Below are positions 20,480 to 30,894 of a stretch of 64,000 nt of DNA, piece after piece. Within the stretch, counting starts at the first letter, position 1. Every line of letters begins with the position of its first letter. The notes beneath the pieces are model-generated. The model was not told the origin of the DNA, ran no database searches, and saw only the letters and a list, made by a program, of their open reading frames with translations. Position numbers and translations under genes: made by a program. The stretch lies in assembly GCA_963753975.1 (NCBI GenBank), contig CAVWEH010000004.1, positions 224,001 through 288,000 on the forward strand, in the 5' to 3' direction. The DNA comes from an uncultured delta proteobacterium (lineage in GTDB: Bacteria > Desulfobacterota > Syntrophia > Syntrophales > Smithellaceae).

Positions 20480-21652
20480 ATGAAAGCAGGAGAAATCAAA
20501 ACAATCGCAATCATTGGCGCGGGCGATATGGGTCATGGCATTGCCGAAGTTTGCGCCCTGGCGGGGTTAAAGGTAAATCTTTATGATATCAAACAGGAAT
20601 TTGTGGACAAGGGCAAAGGCAAAATAAAAGAAAGCCTGGGAAAACAGGTTGCCAAACAAAAGATGACGGCGGATGACTCCAATAAGATAATAAATAATAT
20701 CCATGGATTCACGGTCTTAAAAGAGGCGGTGAAAGATATTGATTACGCGATTGAAGCCGCTCCGGAAATACTCGAGCTGAAAGTAAAGATATTCAAAGAA
20801 ATTGACGAAAACGCTCCCAAACACGCTATACTCGCTTCCAATACATCCAATATGAGTATTACTCAAATGGCCGCGGCGACAAAAAGACCCGATAAAGTAC
20901 TGGGAATTCATTTTTTTAATCCGCCGGTCATGATGGCCCTTGTTGAAGTTATCCGCGGCCAGAAAACATCCGCCGAGACTATGAATGTCAGTTATGATTT
21001 TATTTTGAGATTAAAAAACTTCAGAGGCGCTATGGTTCCGGTTCGTGTAGAAAAAGATTCACCAGGATTTATGTTTAACAGAATTAATGCGCCGGTTGGA
21101 TTATATCTGGCCGAAATATATGAAAAAGGGCTTATAAATCCTGAGGCCGTTGATGCCAAAATCAGATCAATCGGCGCTCCGATGGGTCCATATGAAACCA
21201 TGGATTTCGCCGGACTGGACATTTACGCCCATGGTTCGGAATATTTTGCCAAAACATTATCTCCAGAATTTAAACCCAGTAACTGGCTTGTAAAAATGGT
21301 CGCAGCCGGCACGCTGGGCAAAAAGACCGGCAAAGGCATTTTCAACTGGCCCGGTGGCACCAGGCCTACGATAGATATGAGTAAAGCCGATCCCAACTTC
21401 GATCCCATGGATATTGTCTGCCTTCAGGTAAATGAGGGTACCAAACTTCTGCAGGAAGGTGTTACAAATAGTGCTGCCGAGATAGATAAAGCTATGGTCA
21501 ACGGAGGCGGTTCGCCCTTTGGTCCATTTGCTCTGGCCAAAGGAATGGGCTGGGCAAAAGTAGCCGAACGATGTGAGGCTATCTCGAAAAAACTAGGTAT
21601 TAAATGGTTTATGCCCACTGAAACGCTGAGAAAAGGGAATATCCAAATTTAG
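20480..21652 (+). CDS. 3-hydroxyacyl-CoA dehydrogenase (NAD-binding domain plus two C-terminal domains)
   Basis: IIGAGDMGHGIA, EAAPE, ASNTS, HFFNPP, PGFMFNR, PMGP, LGKKTGKG; AAGGAG RBS. Confidence 0.95.
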   Translation: MKAGEIKTIAIIGAGDMGHGIAEVCALAGLKVNLYDIKQEFVDKGKGKIKESLGKQVAKQKMTADDSNKIINNIHGFTVLKEAVKDIDYAIEAAPEILELKVKIFKEIDENAPKHAILASNTSNMSITQMAAATKRPDKVLGIHFFNPPVMMALVEVIRGQKTSAETMNVSYDFILRLKNFRGAMVPVRVEKDSPGFMFNRINAPVGLYLAEIYEKGLINPEAVDAKIRSIGAPMGPYETMDFAGLDIYAHGSEYFAKTLSPEFKPSNWLVKMVAAGTLGKKTGKGIFNWPGGTRPTIDMSKADPNFDPMDIVCLQVNEGTKLLQEGVTNSAAEIDKAMVNGGGSPFGPFALAKGMGWAKVAERCEAISKKLGIKWFMPTETLRKGNIQI

Positions 21653-21678
21653 TCATAGCCATTGGAGAATAAGATAAG

Positions 21679-21716
21679 AAAAGGGAGCTCATTTTTTTAA
21701 ATGAGCTCCCTTTTTT
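21679..21716. terminator. Bidirectional intrinsic terminator
   Basis: AAAAGGGAGCTCATTT-loop-AAATGAGCTCCCTTTTTT between convergent genes. Confidence 0.85.
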
Positions 21717-21780
21717 AAAATTACTCTTCCCCGCAGTAATGAGCCGGGCATCCGATCGATGTCATCCAGAATCGCTGCGC

Positions 21781-22260
21781 TTAATGCGCTGTTGTTCCCA
21801 TATCCTCAATCACCAGGTCATCTTTTATTTCTATACAACCCATGATGCTTTGGGCGGCGGGACAAAATTTCAAATAAGAAGAAAAAGCATCCCGCGCTTC
21901 TGCTACTTTCTCCGGCCGTGTCTTCAAATGATATTTAACGCGGATCTGAGTGATTTTGAGCACATCATTGATATTTTCTATATCCCCTTCCACATCAGCC
22001 CGGTAACGTTCTTCCGAAGTGGCTATTTTCTTTCCGGCCAGCAACGCGGCCAGTGTTCCCATCATTCAGGCGGCAGTCGCTGCCACTATATGATCAAGTG
22101 TAGCGGCATGTTCTTTTTCCGGTTCTACTTTATAAAATTTCTTTATTCCGCCATGTACTCCATAATAAACCGGCTCATTAAATCCCTCAATAATAGTCTT
22201 TCTTGTCGGGCCATTTTCCCGCACGATTTTAATACGCGATGTATGAACAATTTCTCCCAT
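21781..22260 (-). CDS. OsmC-like selenoprotein (UGA at 22066-22068 read as Sec)
   Basis: Two in-frame ORFs are separated only by TGA in DHIVAATAA-U-MMGTL, the position of the first OsmC Cys; second Cys in FCPAAQS; GGAGG RBS; hairpin downstream of UGA. Confidence 0.85.
22034..22053 (-). promoter_or_regulatory. Putative bacterial SECIS hairpin
   Basis: CUGGCCGC-GUU-GC(U)GGCCGG starts 13 nt after UGA; G-first apical loop and a bulged U. Confidence 0.55.
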
Positions 22261-22313
22261 CGGACACCTCCCCTTTCTATAATCCGGATGATTCATCCGG
22301 ATTATAATCAACT

Positions 22314-22430
22314 TTAGTGGAGCCCCTTCCGGCAGGAACCGGAGGCTCCCTAAAACAACGCGACCTCCCGCGGGTCACGGCGCTTTCCTCCCTCGGCTGG
22401 AACCGGGGGGGATTCCAAGTCGCGGGATTA
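22314..22430. repeat. Palindromic intergenic repeat (related copy at 41672-41742)
   Basis: Both copies have AGTGGAGCCCC.TCCGG...CCGGGGG..GATT.CAAGT.GCGGGATTA; the terminal TTA is the stop codon of the neighbouring minus-strand gene. Confidence 0.65.
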
Positions 22431-23024
22431 AAATTGAACACCCTGGGCAATAAATATAGCAATGCCCCGGCGAATAATCATTACGGCAATTGCCGCCAAA
22501 AGCAGGCTGCTGATTTTCGATAGTGTCTTCGAACCTGTTTTACCAAGAATGCGATTGATCAGCGGAGCGGAAAGGAAAATACCACCGGCGATCAAAATAT
22601 TGATAATAATCGCGAGAGATGTAATGACCAAAGTGTGCTCATTAATTAGAAGCATTGACGTGGTCAACACTGCCGGCCCTGTTATCAGCGGCACACCGAT
22701 GGGCACGGCGCCCATGCTATCCAGATCAATAGGATATGGACTTTTATCGGTGGAAATAATTTCCCTGATCGAGATAATGAAAAGGAGCGTTCCGCCGGCG
22801 ATCATAAAATCGGCAACCGTGATACCGAGTAAATTCAGTATTATCGTGCCCAGGGCAATAAACGCTAAAGCAACAATTAACGCCGTAATCATCGATTGAA
22901 AAACAACACGCCTGATTTTGTGCGGCTCAATCCCCTCGGTGAGATTTATAAATAGCGGCAGAACGCCAAAAGCATTTACGGCTACAAAAAGAGGCACAAA
23001 GCACAACCAAAATGATTTCATCAT
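22428..23024 (-). CDS. MarC-family membrane protein
   Basis: FVPLFVAVNAFG, FMIAGG, VPIGVPLITGP; about six TM helices. Confidence 0.92.
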   Translation of the reverse strand: MMKSFWLCFVPLFVAVNAFGVLPLFINLTEGIEPHKIRRVVFQSMITALIVALAFIALGTIILNLLGITVADFMIAGGTLLFIISIREIISTDKSPYPIDLDSMGAVPIGVPLITGPAVLTTSMLLINEHTLVITSLAIIINILIAGGIFLSAPLINRILGKTGSKTLSKISSLLLAAIAVMIIRRGIAIFIAQGVQF

Positions 23025-23189
23025 ATCCAGAACTCCAATAGTTGATCAGTTTTTCTGCATTATACCAAATTGGCGTCAAAATGTTACCGAATAAAAGAGC
23101 TATTGATGGAAATGTTCGCCATATCTATCCGGCTTTATGATAGATATTCTTGTAATCATCCCTGCATTGTTATATAAGTTCCATAATTT

Positions 23190-23924
23190 ATGGAGACGGC
23201 AATGCATTTAAAGAGCGTAACCATTCATCCGGAAAAATATCCGACTCAAGAGTGTTATCCTTTTTATTTGCCGATTTTTCAAAAAGCAAAGCAAATTCTC
23301 TTCGATTCACCGGTTACATTATTTGTGGGCGAAAACGGAACAGGCAAATCTACTTTGCTGGAAGCTATAGCCATCGCCTGCGGCATTCATATCTGGCGCA
23401 ATTCCGAAAGATGCCGCCCTGAATACAATCCCTATGAGGATAAACTTCATCAATACATTTCCCTGCAATGGGAAAATGGCCGTGTTCCCGGATCTTTTTT
23501 CGGCTCAAAGATATTTCAGCACTTCGCTGAATTATTAGATGAGTGGGCGGTAGCCGATCGGGGCCAATTAAATTATTTCGGCGGAAAATCTTTAACCACC
23601 CAATCTCACGGACAATCGCTGATGTCTTTTTTCCGCAGCCGCTATCAGATCAAAGGCCTTTATCTCCTGGACGAGCCCGAAACCGCTCTTTCTCCGAAAA
23701 GCCAAATCGAACTGCTTGCCCTCCTCGATAAAATGAGTGTCGATGGCCACGCTCAGTTTATTGTCGCGACCCATTCGCCAATTTTGCTGGCCTGTCCTTG
23801 TGCAAAAATTTATTCATTTGATCATTCCGATGTTCAGCCAATCCGCTATGAAGAAACCGATCACTACCGCCTTTACAAAAAATTCATGGAGGACAGAAAT
23901 ACATTCCTCAATCATGATAAATGA
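23190..23924 (+). CDS. ABC/AAA-type ATPase (COG3910-like)
   Basis: GENGTGKS, SHGQS, LLDEPETALSP, ATHSPILL. Confidence 0.9.
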   Translation: METAMHLKSVTIHPEKYPTQECYPFYLPIFQKAKQILFDSPVTLFVGENGTGKSTLLEAIAIACGIHIWRNSERCRPEYNPYEDKLHQYISLQWENGRVPGSFFGSKIFQHFAELLDEWAVADRGQLNYFGGKSLTTQSHGQSLMSFFRSRYQIKGLYLLDEPETALSPKSQIELLALLDKMSVDGHAQFIVATHSPILLACPCAKIYSFDHSDVQPIRYEETDHYRLYKKFMEDRNTFLNHDK

Positions 23925-23954
23925 TTAAGAAGATATAATGATCAGCAGCTTCAT

Positions 23955-24659
23955 ATGAATATAATTAAAATAATTAAAGATATTCTGCCCGGAGAAAATG
24001 ATTACCTTGTAGGTTATGCCAATCTTGACAGTCTGCTGCCGGCGAAATATAAATCTTACGGCTATGCAATTGTTTTAGCCCGCAGGCTTGACGACCGGAT
24101 TATTGACAGCATTGCGGAAGGGCCAAACATCGAATATTACAACCATTATCACGAAGTTAATCGGGAGTTAACAAAAGTCGCACACAATATAGCTGAGAAG
24201 ATACAGCTTCAAGGCAGTAAATCATTGGTTATTGAACCGACAATTCATGACCGGGACGTCGATAAATTTTTTTTCAAGACCTTGCGTTTTGACTTTTCCC
24301 ATAAAATGGCGGCGACACGCGCCGGCTTGGGTTGGATCGGTAAAACAGCTCTTTTTATCTCCGGGAAATACGGCCCTCGCATGCGCTTAGTTACGGTGCT
24401 TACCGATTACCCCTTACCCTATTGCACAGAACCAATTAACGAAAGCCACTGCGGCTTATGTGATCTTTGCATCCGGCACTGCCCGGCTCAGGCGGCCAAT
24501 GGCAAACTATGGAATATCCACATTGACCGCAATGAATTCTTCGATCCCTTCGCCTGCCGAAAAAAAGCACGTGAACTTTCTTATCAGAATTTTAGCAAAA
24601 AAATCACTTTATGCGGCAAATGCGTAGCCGTATGCCCGATAGGGAAAATCCAGAGATAA
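23955..24659 (+). CDS. QueG/reductive-dehalogenase-like Fe-S protein
   Basis: FSHKMAATRAGLGWIGK, GPRMRL, CGLCDLCIRHCP, CGKCVAVCP. Confidence 0.88.
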   Translation: MNIIKIIKDILPGENDYLVGYANLDSLLPAKYKSYGYAIVLARRLDDRIIDSIAEGPNIEYYNHYHEVNRELTKVAHNIAEKIQLQGSKSLVIEPTIHDRDVDKFFFKTLRFDFSHKMAATRAGLGWIGKTALFISGKYGPRMRLVTVLTDYPLPYCTEPINESHCGLCDLCIRHCPAQAANGKLWNIHIDRNEFFDPFACRKKARELSYQNFSKKITLCGKCVAVCPIGKIQR

Positions 24660-24702
24660 TAAAGGTTAAGCAGTGACAACACATTATCAATAAAAATAAT
24701 TA

Positions 24703-24745
24703 TTGACATCCATGGCTATTTGGCTATATTACCATCTAGATTACC
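24703..24745 (+). promoter_or_regulatory. Putative ars operon promoter with overlapping ArsR operator
   Basis: TTGACA at 24703 followed by an imperfect palindrome ATTTGG-CTATATTA-CCATCT just upstream of arsR. Confidence 0.5.
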
Positions 24746-24757
24746 AAGAGAAGCAAA

Positions 24758-25090
24758 ATGAAAAAATCAGTAAAAACTCAGCATGAAGCGCGGGCAAAAA
24801 TCATTAAAGCTATGGCGCATCCCAGCAGACTCTTTATTATTGAGGAGATCAACAAAAAAGAACGTTGTGTTAATGAACTCACCGATATGATCGGCGCGGA
24901 TGCTTCAACGGTTTCCAAACACTTGAGTGTTTTGAAAAATGCGGGGCTAGTTGCCGACGAAAAAAGAGGCAACTCGATTTTTTACAGTCTGCGTGTCCCC
25001 TGCATTATGCAGTTTATGGGATGTCTGGAGGATGTTCTTTCTTCCAACGCCAAACAGCACATAGCGATTTTAAAATGCTGTAAAAAATAA
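24758..25090 (+). CDS. arsR: ArsR/SmtB transcriptional repressor
   Basis: KAMAHPSRL, ERCVNEL, STVSKHLSVLKNAGLV; C-terminal CC. Confidence 0.93.
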   Translation: MKKSVKTQHEARAKIIKAMAHPSRLFIIEEINKKERCVNELTDMIGADASTVSKHLSVLKNAGLVADEKRGNSIFYSLRVPCIMQFMGCLEDVLSSNAKQHIAILKCCKK

Positions 25091-25148
25091 TTTTTTCTCA
25101 TCTACTGAACCAATTAGTAATTCAGAAAGTGACAGAGGAGACAAATTA

Positions 25149-25385
25149 ATGAAGATAGAAATATTAGGTACTGGCTGTGCCAAATGTCATAAACTCGACG
25201 AGCTTGTCCGGACAACTGTCCACGAAATGGGTGTGAATGCCGACATCATCAAGGTTGAAGACATCAAAAAGATCATGGCCTACGGCGTAATGACAACTCC
25301 CGCCCTCGTCATTGACGGAGAAATAAAAATTGCCGGTCGAATACCATCGGCAAATGAACTCAAGGGCTTAATCGGGAGAAAATGA
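25149..25385 (+). CDS. Small redox-active disulfide protein (thioredoxin-like, MTH895 type)
   Basis: ILGTGCAKC, YGVMTTPALVIDG. Confidence 0.92.
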   Translation: MKIEILGTGCAKCHKLDELVRTTVHEMGVNADIIKVEDIKKIMAYGVMTTPALVIDGEIKIAGRIPSANELKGLIGRK

Positions 25386-26434
25386 TGAACAACTGCTGTA
25401 CAGACAAAGAGGGGAACTCTTCTAAATTCAAAAGCTATATCCTCATTGTGCTTTTGCTGGCCGGAATTATTTTTTATTTCTATCTGGAAGACATCGTCAA
25501 TTTCCTGGTCTATTCCTTAATGCATTTGGAGCATGGGTCTCATTTGACGGAGTCGATAAGGTTTTTCCTCTATGATACTCCGAAAGTACTCATGCTTCTT
25601 ATATCCATTGTATTTATCGTGGGGATCATTCGTTCCTATTTTTCACCGGAAAAGACCAGAAAAGCGCTGGAGGGAAAGCCGCTGTTTATCGGTAATATCA
25701 TGGCCAGTACTCTGGGTATCGTAACGCCCTTTTGCAGCTGTTCGGCAATTCCCCTTTTCATCGGATTTGTGGAAAGCGGCATTCCGCTCGGTGTCACCTT
25801 CTCTTTTCTGATTGCCGCGCCGATGATTAATGAAGTTGCGCTGGTTTTACTCTTTGGCCTTTTCGGCTGGAAGACGGCTCTGCTTTATGTATCCACCGGT
25901 TTGCTCATCGCCATAACATCCGGCTGGGTAATAGGCAGACTGAAATTGGAACGGTTCGTGGAAGAATGGGTATATGAAATAAAGTCCGGCGATCTCCGGA
26001 TGGAAGAAGGTAATATCACTTTTAGGGATAGGATCCAGGCGGGTTATACGGCAGTCCATGATATTGTTTCCAAGGTCTGGATTTACATTGTGGCGGGAAT
26101 TGCCGTCGGTGCCGCTGTGCACGGCTACGTACCGGAAAATTTCATGGCATCGATCATGGGCAAAACAGTGTGGTGGTCGGTTCCTTTGGCTGTGGCAATC
26201 GGTGTTCCTCTTTATTCCAATGCGGCGGGCATCATCCCTATTCTTCAGGCTCTCCTGGAAAAGGGCGCAGCGCTGGGCACGGCACTGGCCTTTATGATGT
26301 CGGTAATCGGTCTTTCGCTTCCGGAAATGATCATCCTGAAAAAAGTAATCAAGCTACCGCTGATCGTTATTTTTATCAGTGTCGTCGCCACCGGTATTAT
26401 GATTGTAGGATTCCTCTTCAATTTGGTCTATTAA
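25382..26434 (+). CDS. ArsP/DUF318 permease
   Basis: TPFCSCSAIP, APMINEV, GVPLYSNAAG, LSLPEM. Confidence 0.92.
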   Translation: MMNNCCTDKEGNSSKFKSYILIVLLLAGIIFYFYLEDIVNFLVYSLMHLEHGSHLTESIRFFLYDTPKVLMLLISIVFIVGIIRSYFSPEKTRKALEGKPLFIGNIMASTLGIVTPFCSCSAIPLFIGFVESGIPLGVTFSFLIAAPMINEVALVLLFGLFGWKTALLYVSTGLLIAITSGWVIGRLKLERFVEEWVYEIKSGDLRMEEGNITFRDRIQAGYTAVHDIVSKVWIYIVAGIAVGAAVHGYVPENFMASIMGKTVWWSVPLAVAIGVPLYSNAAGIIPILQALLEKGAALGTALAFMMSVIGLSLPEMIILKKVIKLPLIVIFISVVATGIMIVGFLFNLVY

Positions 26435-26506
26435 AATAATCATTGAAAAAGGAATTAAGTATTATGTCGGAGGATCTTTGAAGTTGACAATGAGGTTATT
26501 TTCCTT

Positions 26507-27262
26507 ATGTCTTTAGAAATCTACTTGATCAGCGCAGTATCCGTATTTTTCTTTTCGGGACTTCTCGCCATGGCCGGGCTGGGCGCTGCCTTTATTTTTG
26601 TGCCTCTTTTCTACTATCTGGGGGTCCCTCTGGCTGAGGCAGTACCGGCGGCACTTTTGCTCAACGTTGTGAGCCTCATGTTTGCGACAGTAAATTATTA
26701 TCGCGGCGGTCTCATCAATTGGCGTATCGGCCTGCCGATCATGATCACGGCAGTCTTGCTCGCTCCCCTGGGCGCTCGCACAACGCCCTTTGTGGACAAA
26801 CGTCTTTTTCTTGGCATGTTTTCAGCGTTCCTGGTTTTCGCCGGCTTCATGATGCTCTTCTACAAGCCGGCACCACGGACGAAGGAATTGAGTCGTACCG
26901 GCGAATCCGGCGCCGGTGCTGCCGTTGGATGCGTGGCCGGATTTCTCGGGGGGCTCTTGGGTGTGGGCGGCGGTAATTTCATTGTGCCCGTTCTGAACTG
27001 GCTGGGCATTGATGCCAAGATTGCCGCCGGAACCACAGCGATGGTAGTTGTCTTCGCCTCTTTATCAGGGTTCCTCGGCCACGTCACCCTGGGAGGCCTG
27101 AGCCCTGTATTTCTCGGAGTCATGGCCGTCATGAGCGCTCTGGGCTCCATTGTAGGTTCACAAATGATGAAGACAAGGATTTCCAGTTCCCAACTGAAGA
27201 GAATCATCGGCGTGCTGTTGTGGTTGATCGCCGCCAAGATGATCTTTGACTTGATCAAGTAA
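26507..27262 (+). CDS. TauE/SafE (TSUP) family exporter
   Basis: MAGLGAA..VP and GLLGVGGG..IVP repeats; about eight TM helices. Confidence 0.9.
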   Translation: MSLEIYLISAVSVFFFSGLLAMAGLGAAFIFVPLFYYLGVPLAEAVPAALLLNVVSLMFATVNYYRGGLINWRIGLPIMITAVLLAPLGARTTPFVDKRLFLGMFSAFLVFAGFMMLFYKPAPRTKELSRTGESGAGAAVGCVAGFLGGLLGVGGGNFIVPVLNWLGIDAKIAAGTTAMVVVFASLSGFLGHVTLGGLSPVFLGVMAVMSALGSIVGSQMMKTRISSSQLKRIIGVLLWLIAAKMIFDLIK

Positions 27263-27384
27263 ACAAAAATGGGGGTTCTTACGACGAAGAAATAAGTTCC
27301 GCCGGAATGTGACACAGGTTTTGCGTCGTGTATGGATTTAAATAAAATTATTTTTTGAAGGATAAGAAAGGAGATACATTATGA

Positions 27385-27981
27385 ATGAACGTGAAAGAAC
27401 TCTATGAACTCGGATTGAAGTTCCACGGGCACAAGTGCCCAGCCATGCCCATGGGGATCAGGGCCGGTCTTGCCGCAATGAAGGCCCTCGGCGTAAAACG
27501 GTCACAGGACAAGGAGTTGGTCGTAGAAGCCGAAACGGGCGAAGGTCATGCAGCGGGCTGCTTTGTGGACGGCATCATGGTTGCTACAGGCGCCACCTAC
27601 GGCAAGTCGAATATAAAGAAATTGAATTACAGCAAGATGGCCTTCACTCTCATCGATACGGCCACGGATCGAGCCGTCCGAGTCTCACTTAAGCCGGAGT
27701 TCTTCGAAAAGGCCCTGGCATCGCCCTTTGTGCAGAAGAGGAAAGAGGGCGTGCTGCCCCAGGATATTCCGGCGGAAATCACCAATCCCCAGATCGACAG
27801 GATACTCGCTCTGCCCGATGCCGATTTCCTGAACGTGAGCGAGGTGTTCAGCAGGAAGTTAACCAAAGGCAAAGGTAACTTTGAGACAAAAAGATGCGCG
27901 AAATGCGGCGAGGCTGTCTTTACTGATAAATTGAAAGAGGGAACCGACGGGAAGTTGCTTTGCATCCCCTGCAGCGTGTAG
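27385..27981 (+). CDS. FmdE/FwdE-family protein with C-terminal zinc finger
   Basis: [23 protein letters not shown]...CIPC. Confidence 0.9.
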   Translation: MNVKELYELGLKFHGHKCPAMPMGIRAGLAAMKALGVKRSQDKELVVEAETGEGHAAGCFVDGIMVATGATYGKSNIKKLNYSKMAFTLIDTATDRAVRVSLKPEFFEKALASPFVQKRKEGVLPQDIPAEITNPQIDRILALPDADFLNVSEVFSRKLTKGKGNFETKRCAKCGEAVFTDKLKEGTDGKLLCIPCSV

Positions 27982-28053
27982 AAACAACAAAACGATTACC
28001 GCACTGAATTACGAGTGGGCTACCATTTTCAGTTAAAAAGTAGATCATTACAC

Positions 28054-28450
28054 ATGAAACGATGTTTAAAACTATTTATTGTATCAGTTGGGTTCTTTGC
28101 CACGTTTACTTTTATCTTACTTTCCGTTGATTTTTGCAATGCCGCTGCTCAAACATCACCCGATGGAGTTAAAGTTACTTTCGTGGAAATAGGCTCAGTC
28201 AACTGCATCCCCTGTAAGGTGATGCAGCCCATTATCAAAGCGGTGGAAGAAGAATATAAGGGGCAAGTTAAAATTGTTTTTCCCGATGTCTGGACGCCAA
28301 AAGGGAAGGAAGACGCCGCGAAATACAATATTTGGGGTAATTCCCGCACAGGTATTCTTGGATAAAGATGGTAAAGAATACTATCGCCATGAAGGATACT
28401 TTCCGAAGGATAATGTTGTCAAGGTAATCAAAATGCAGGGTGTTAAATAA
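28054..28450 (+). pseudogene. Exported thioredoxin-family protein, frameshifted
   Basis: EIGSVNCIPCKVM; removing one G from GGGG at 28334-28337 restores VIPAQVFLDKDGKEYYRHEGYFP...GVK*, ending at 28450. Confidence 0.8.
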
Positions 28451-29050
28451 TGATCGTTGACCTATTTACCTGGCTTTCGCAGGCACTTACTCAATCTCTC
28501 GAAATCGCTATTTTGGCAGCATTCATCTGGGGCGTGCTTTCGGTTATTCTTTCGCCCTGCCATATTGCGTGCATTCCCCTCATAGTCGGTTTCATTGACG
28601 GCCAGGGAAACATTAGTACAAAGCGGGCATTTGGTCTTTCGTTGCTCTTCGGATTGGGTATTTTGATCACAATTGGGATTATCGGGCTCATCACCGGACT
28701 ATTGGGAAGAATGATTGGCGATATCGGCGGTTACGGCAACTACTTTGTGGCTCTTATTTTCTTTGCTGTGGGTCTTAATTTGCTGGGGTTGCTGCCGCTT
28801 CCTTTTATGGAAGGCGGCGCGAATCCTAACTATAAAAGAAAAGGATTTCTGGCTGCTTTTATTCTGGGACTCCCGTTCGGCATTGCCCTGGGACCCTGCA
28901 CCTTTGCCTGCATGGCCAACATGCTCGGAAGTCATGCAACACTACCTTCATTGGAGTGAAAAATCGAAGGGTGCCGTAATGCTGAAAAAGCTATGCGGTG
29001 TGCTGGTTTTTATGGGTGGCATCTATCTGATCGCCTTAAACTGGATTTAA
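28450..29050 (+). pseudogene. CcdA/DsbD-family thiol:disulfide membrane protein with internal deletion and frameshift
   Basis: LSPCHIACIP and LGPCTFA motifs; the C-terminal helix (QHYLHWSEKSKG...GGIYLI) is in another frame and an expected TM segment appears to be missing near 28925. Confidence 0.75.
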
Positions 29051-29069
29051 AAGCATTGCCGGAGAAAAA

Positions 29070-29495
29070 ATGAAAAAAAGAGTTTTGTTTTTATGTACAG
29101 CCAATTCCAGCCGTTCGCAAATGGCGGAAGGTCTTATCAATCATTTTCTGGGGGATAAGATTGCGGCATTTTCTGCCGGGACTGAGGCAACCTATGTCAA
29201 TCCCGCTGCTATCGAGGCGATGAAAGAAATCGATATTGATATTTCCGGGCATCAATCCAAAAATTTAGCGGTATTTGACGGGCAGAACTTTGATTATGTC
29301 ATCACACTTTGCGGCAGTGCCAACGAGACCTGCCCGTTGTATATCGGAGGCACAAAGAAAATCCACATCGGTTTTGACGATCCGGCGAAGGCACAGGGAA
29401 CGGAAGAAGAAATTCTATATGAATTTCGTCGTGTGCGCGATGACCTTAAAGAAAAACTGACTGCTCTTTTTCAGGCAGAGAAAATAATTAATTGA
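29070..29495 (+). CDS. arsC: Thioredoxin-dependent arsenate reductase (LMW-PTP fold)
   Basis: [39 protein letters not shown]. Confidence 0.92.
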   Translation: MKKRVLFLCTANSSRSQMAEGLINHFLGDKIAAFSAGTEATYVNPAAIEAMKEIDIDISGHQSKNLAVFDGQNFDYVITLCGSANETCPLYIGGTKKIHIGFDDPAKAQGTEEEILYEFRRVRDDLKEKLTALFQAEKIIN

Positions 29496-29505
29496 GGGGG
29501 AATTT

Positions 29506-30561
29506 ATGTCGGAACATGTCGTTGGTAAATTGTCGTTTCTGGATCGATTTTTAACTTTATGGATTTTTATAGCCATCGGTATCGGTATCGCGCTCGGCTA
29601 TTTTCTTCCCGCGGCGGCTAATTTCATTACCGGCCTGCAAGTCGGAACAACTTCGATTCCTATTGCCGTCGGCCTTATTCTCATGATGTATCCGCCCCTG
29701 GCAAGAGTCAAGTATGAAGAGATGGGCAGGGTTTTTCAAAACAAAAAGCTTTTGACTATATCACTTCTGCAAAACTGGGTGATCGGCCCGCTGGTCATGT
29801 TTGTGCTGGCGGTAATTTTTCTGCATAACTATCCCGAATATATGATCGGCGTTATCCTGGTCGGATTGGCGCGCTGCATTGCTATGGTTATCGTCTGGAA
29901 TGAGCTTGCGTGCGGAGACCGGGAACTGGCCGTAGGCCTTGTGGCCTTTAACGCCATCGCGCAGGTTCTTTTTTACGCCTTCTATATTTACGTGTTCATT
30001 ACTCTGTTTCTCAACTGGTTCGGCCTGGGCCAGGGAGTGAATATCAATGTCTCCATGGCCGAATCGGCAAAAACAGTTTTTATCTATCTCGGTATTCCAT
30101 TTCTTGCTGGCTTGATTACCCGTTATTCGATTATCTGGTGGCGCGGCGAAGAATGGTTTAACAATATCTTTATGCCCAAACTCTCGCCATTGACGCTGAT
30201 CGCGTTACTCTTTACCATTGTCGTAATGTTCTCTACACAGGGCAATAAAATTATCGAGTCGCCTTTGGACGTGTTCATTGTCGCCATTCCGCTGACCATC
30301 TATTTCGTTATCATGTGGTTTGTTACTTTTTTTATCATCAGGAAAATAAGCGGCAATTATGCTCAAACCTGCGCCGTTTCTTTTACTGCCGGAAGCAACG
30401 ATTTCGAGTTAGCCATTGCCGTAGCCATTGCCATCTGGGGAATCGGCTCCGGACAGGCTTTCGCCACCGTCATCGGCCCCCTTATCGAAGTACCGGTGCT
30501 GATTATTCTGGTGAACGTGGCATTGAAGTTCAAAAGGAAAATTTTCCCGGCGCACAGCTAA
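29506..30561 (+). CDS. acr3: Acr3 arsenite efflux transporter
   Basis: [50 protein letters not shown]. Confidence 0.96.
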   Translation: MSEHVVGKLSFLDRFLTLWIFIAIGIGIALGYFLPAAANFITGLQVGTTSIPIAVGLILMMYPPLARVKYEEMGRVFQNKKLLTISLLQNWVIGPLVMFVLAVIFLHNYPEYMIGVILVGLARCIAMVIVWNELACGDRELAVGLVAFNAIAQVLFYAFYIYVFITLFLNWFGLGQGVNINVSMAESAKTVFIYLGIPFLAGLITRYSIIWWRGEEWFNNIFMPKLSPLTLIALLFTIVVMFSTQGNKIIESPLDVFIVAIPLTIYFVIMWFVTFFIIRKISGNYAQTCAVSFTAGSNDFELAIAVAIAIWGIGSGQAFATVIGPLIEVPVLIILVNVALKFKRKIFPAHS

Positions 30562-30894
30562 TGAAATAAAAAGTAAGCAAAACAAAAAGAGCAAAGAGCG
30601 AATCCCGGCGTATGCCTGGACAGACTGGGCCCTTCGCTTTTCTTCGGGTCTTCTGTGCAGCTGGAAGCGGCGCACTTTGAATTGAAATTCACCGATTAAT
30701 GGATGAATTAAATGTTATCTCCCCGAATTAAACCAAATGAATTTATAGTAATCAATTGACAAAGCATATTTGAATATTAAGTTAACTCAAAATACCTAAT
30801 GTAAAAAAAGTAGTTTAGGTTGGAAACGGCGGTCGTCCCTCATCAATTTAACTTTTTCGCTGGCGAGAAAAACTAATCGATAAAGGAGGACATT

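Noticed and set aside
23100..23150. Fluoride (crcB) riboswitch-like GATGG..GTTCGCC
   Set aside because: The spacing and the downstream pseudoknot partner do not fit, and it is far from the ClC gene
28957..28959. TGA in ccdA as a second selenocysteine
   Set aside because: The homologous C-terminus is in a different frame, so this is a deletion or frameshift, not readthrough
29079..29120. ArsC inactivated by CTANSSR (second P-loop Cys missing)
   Set aside because: The nucleophilic Cys, Arg and both resolving Cys remain; that second Cys is dispensable in this family
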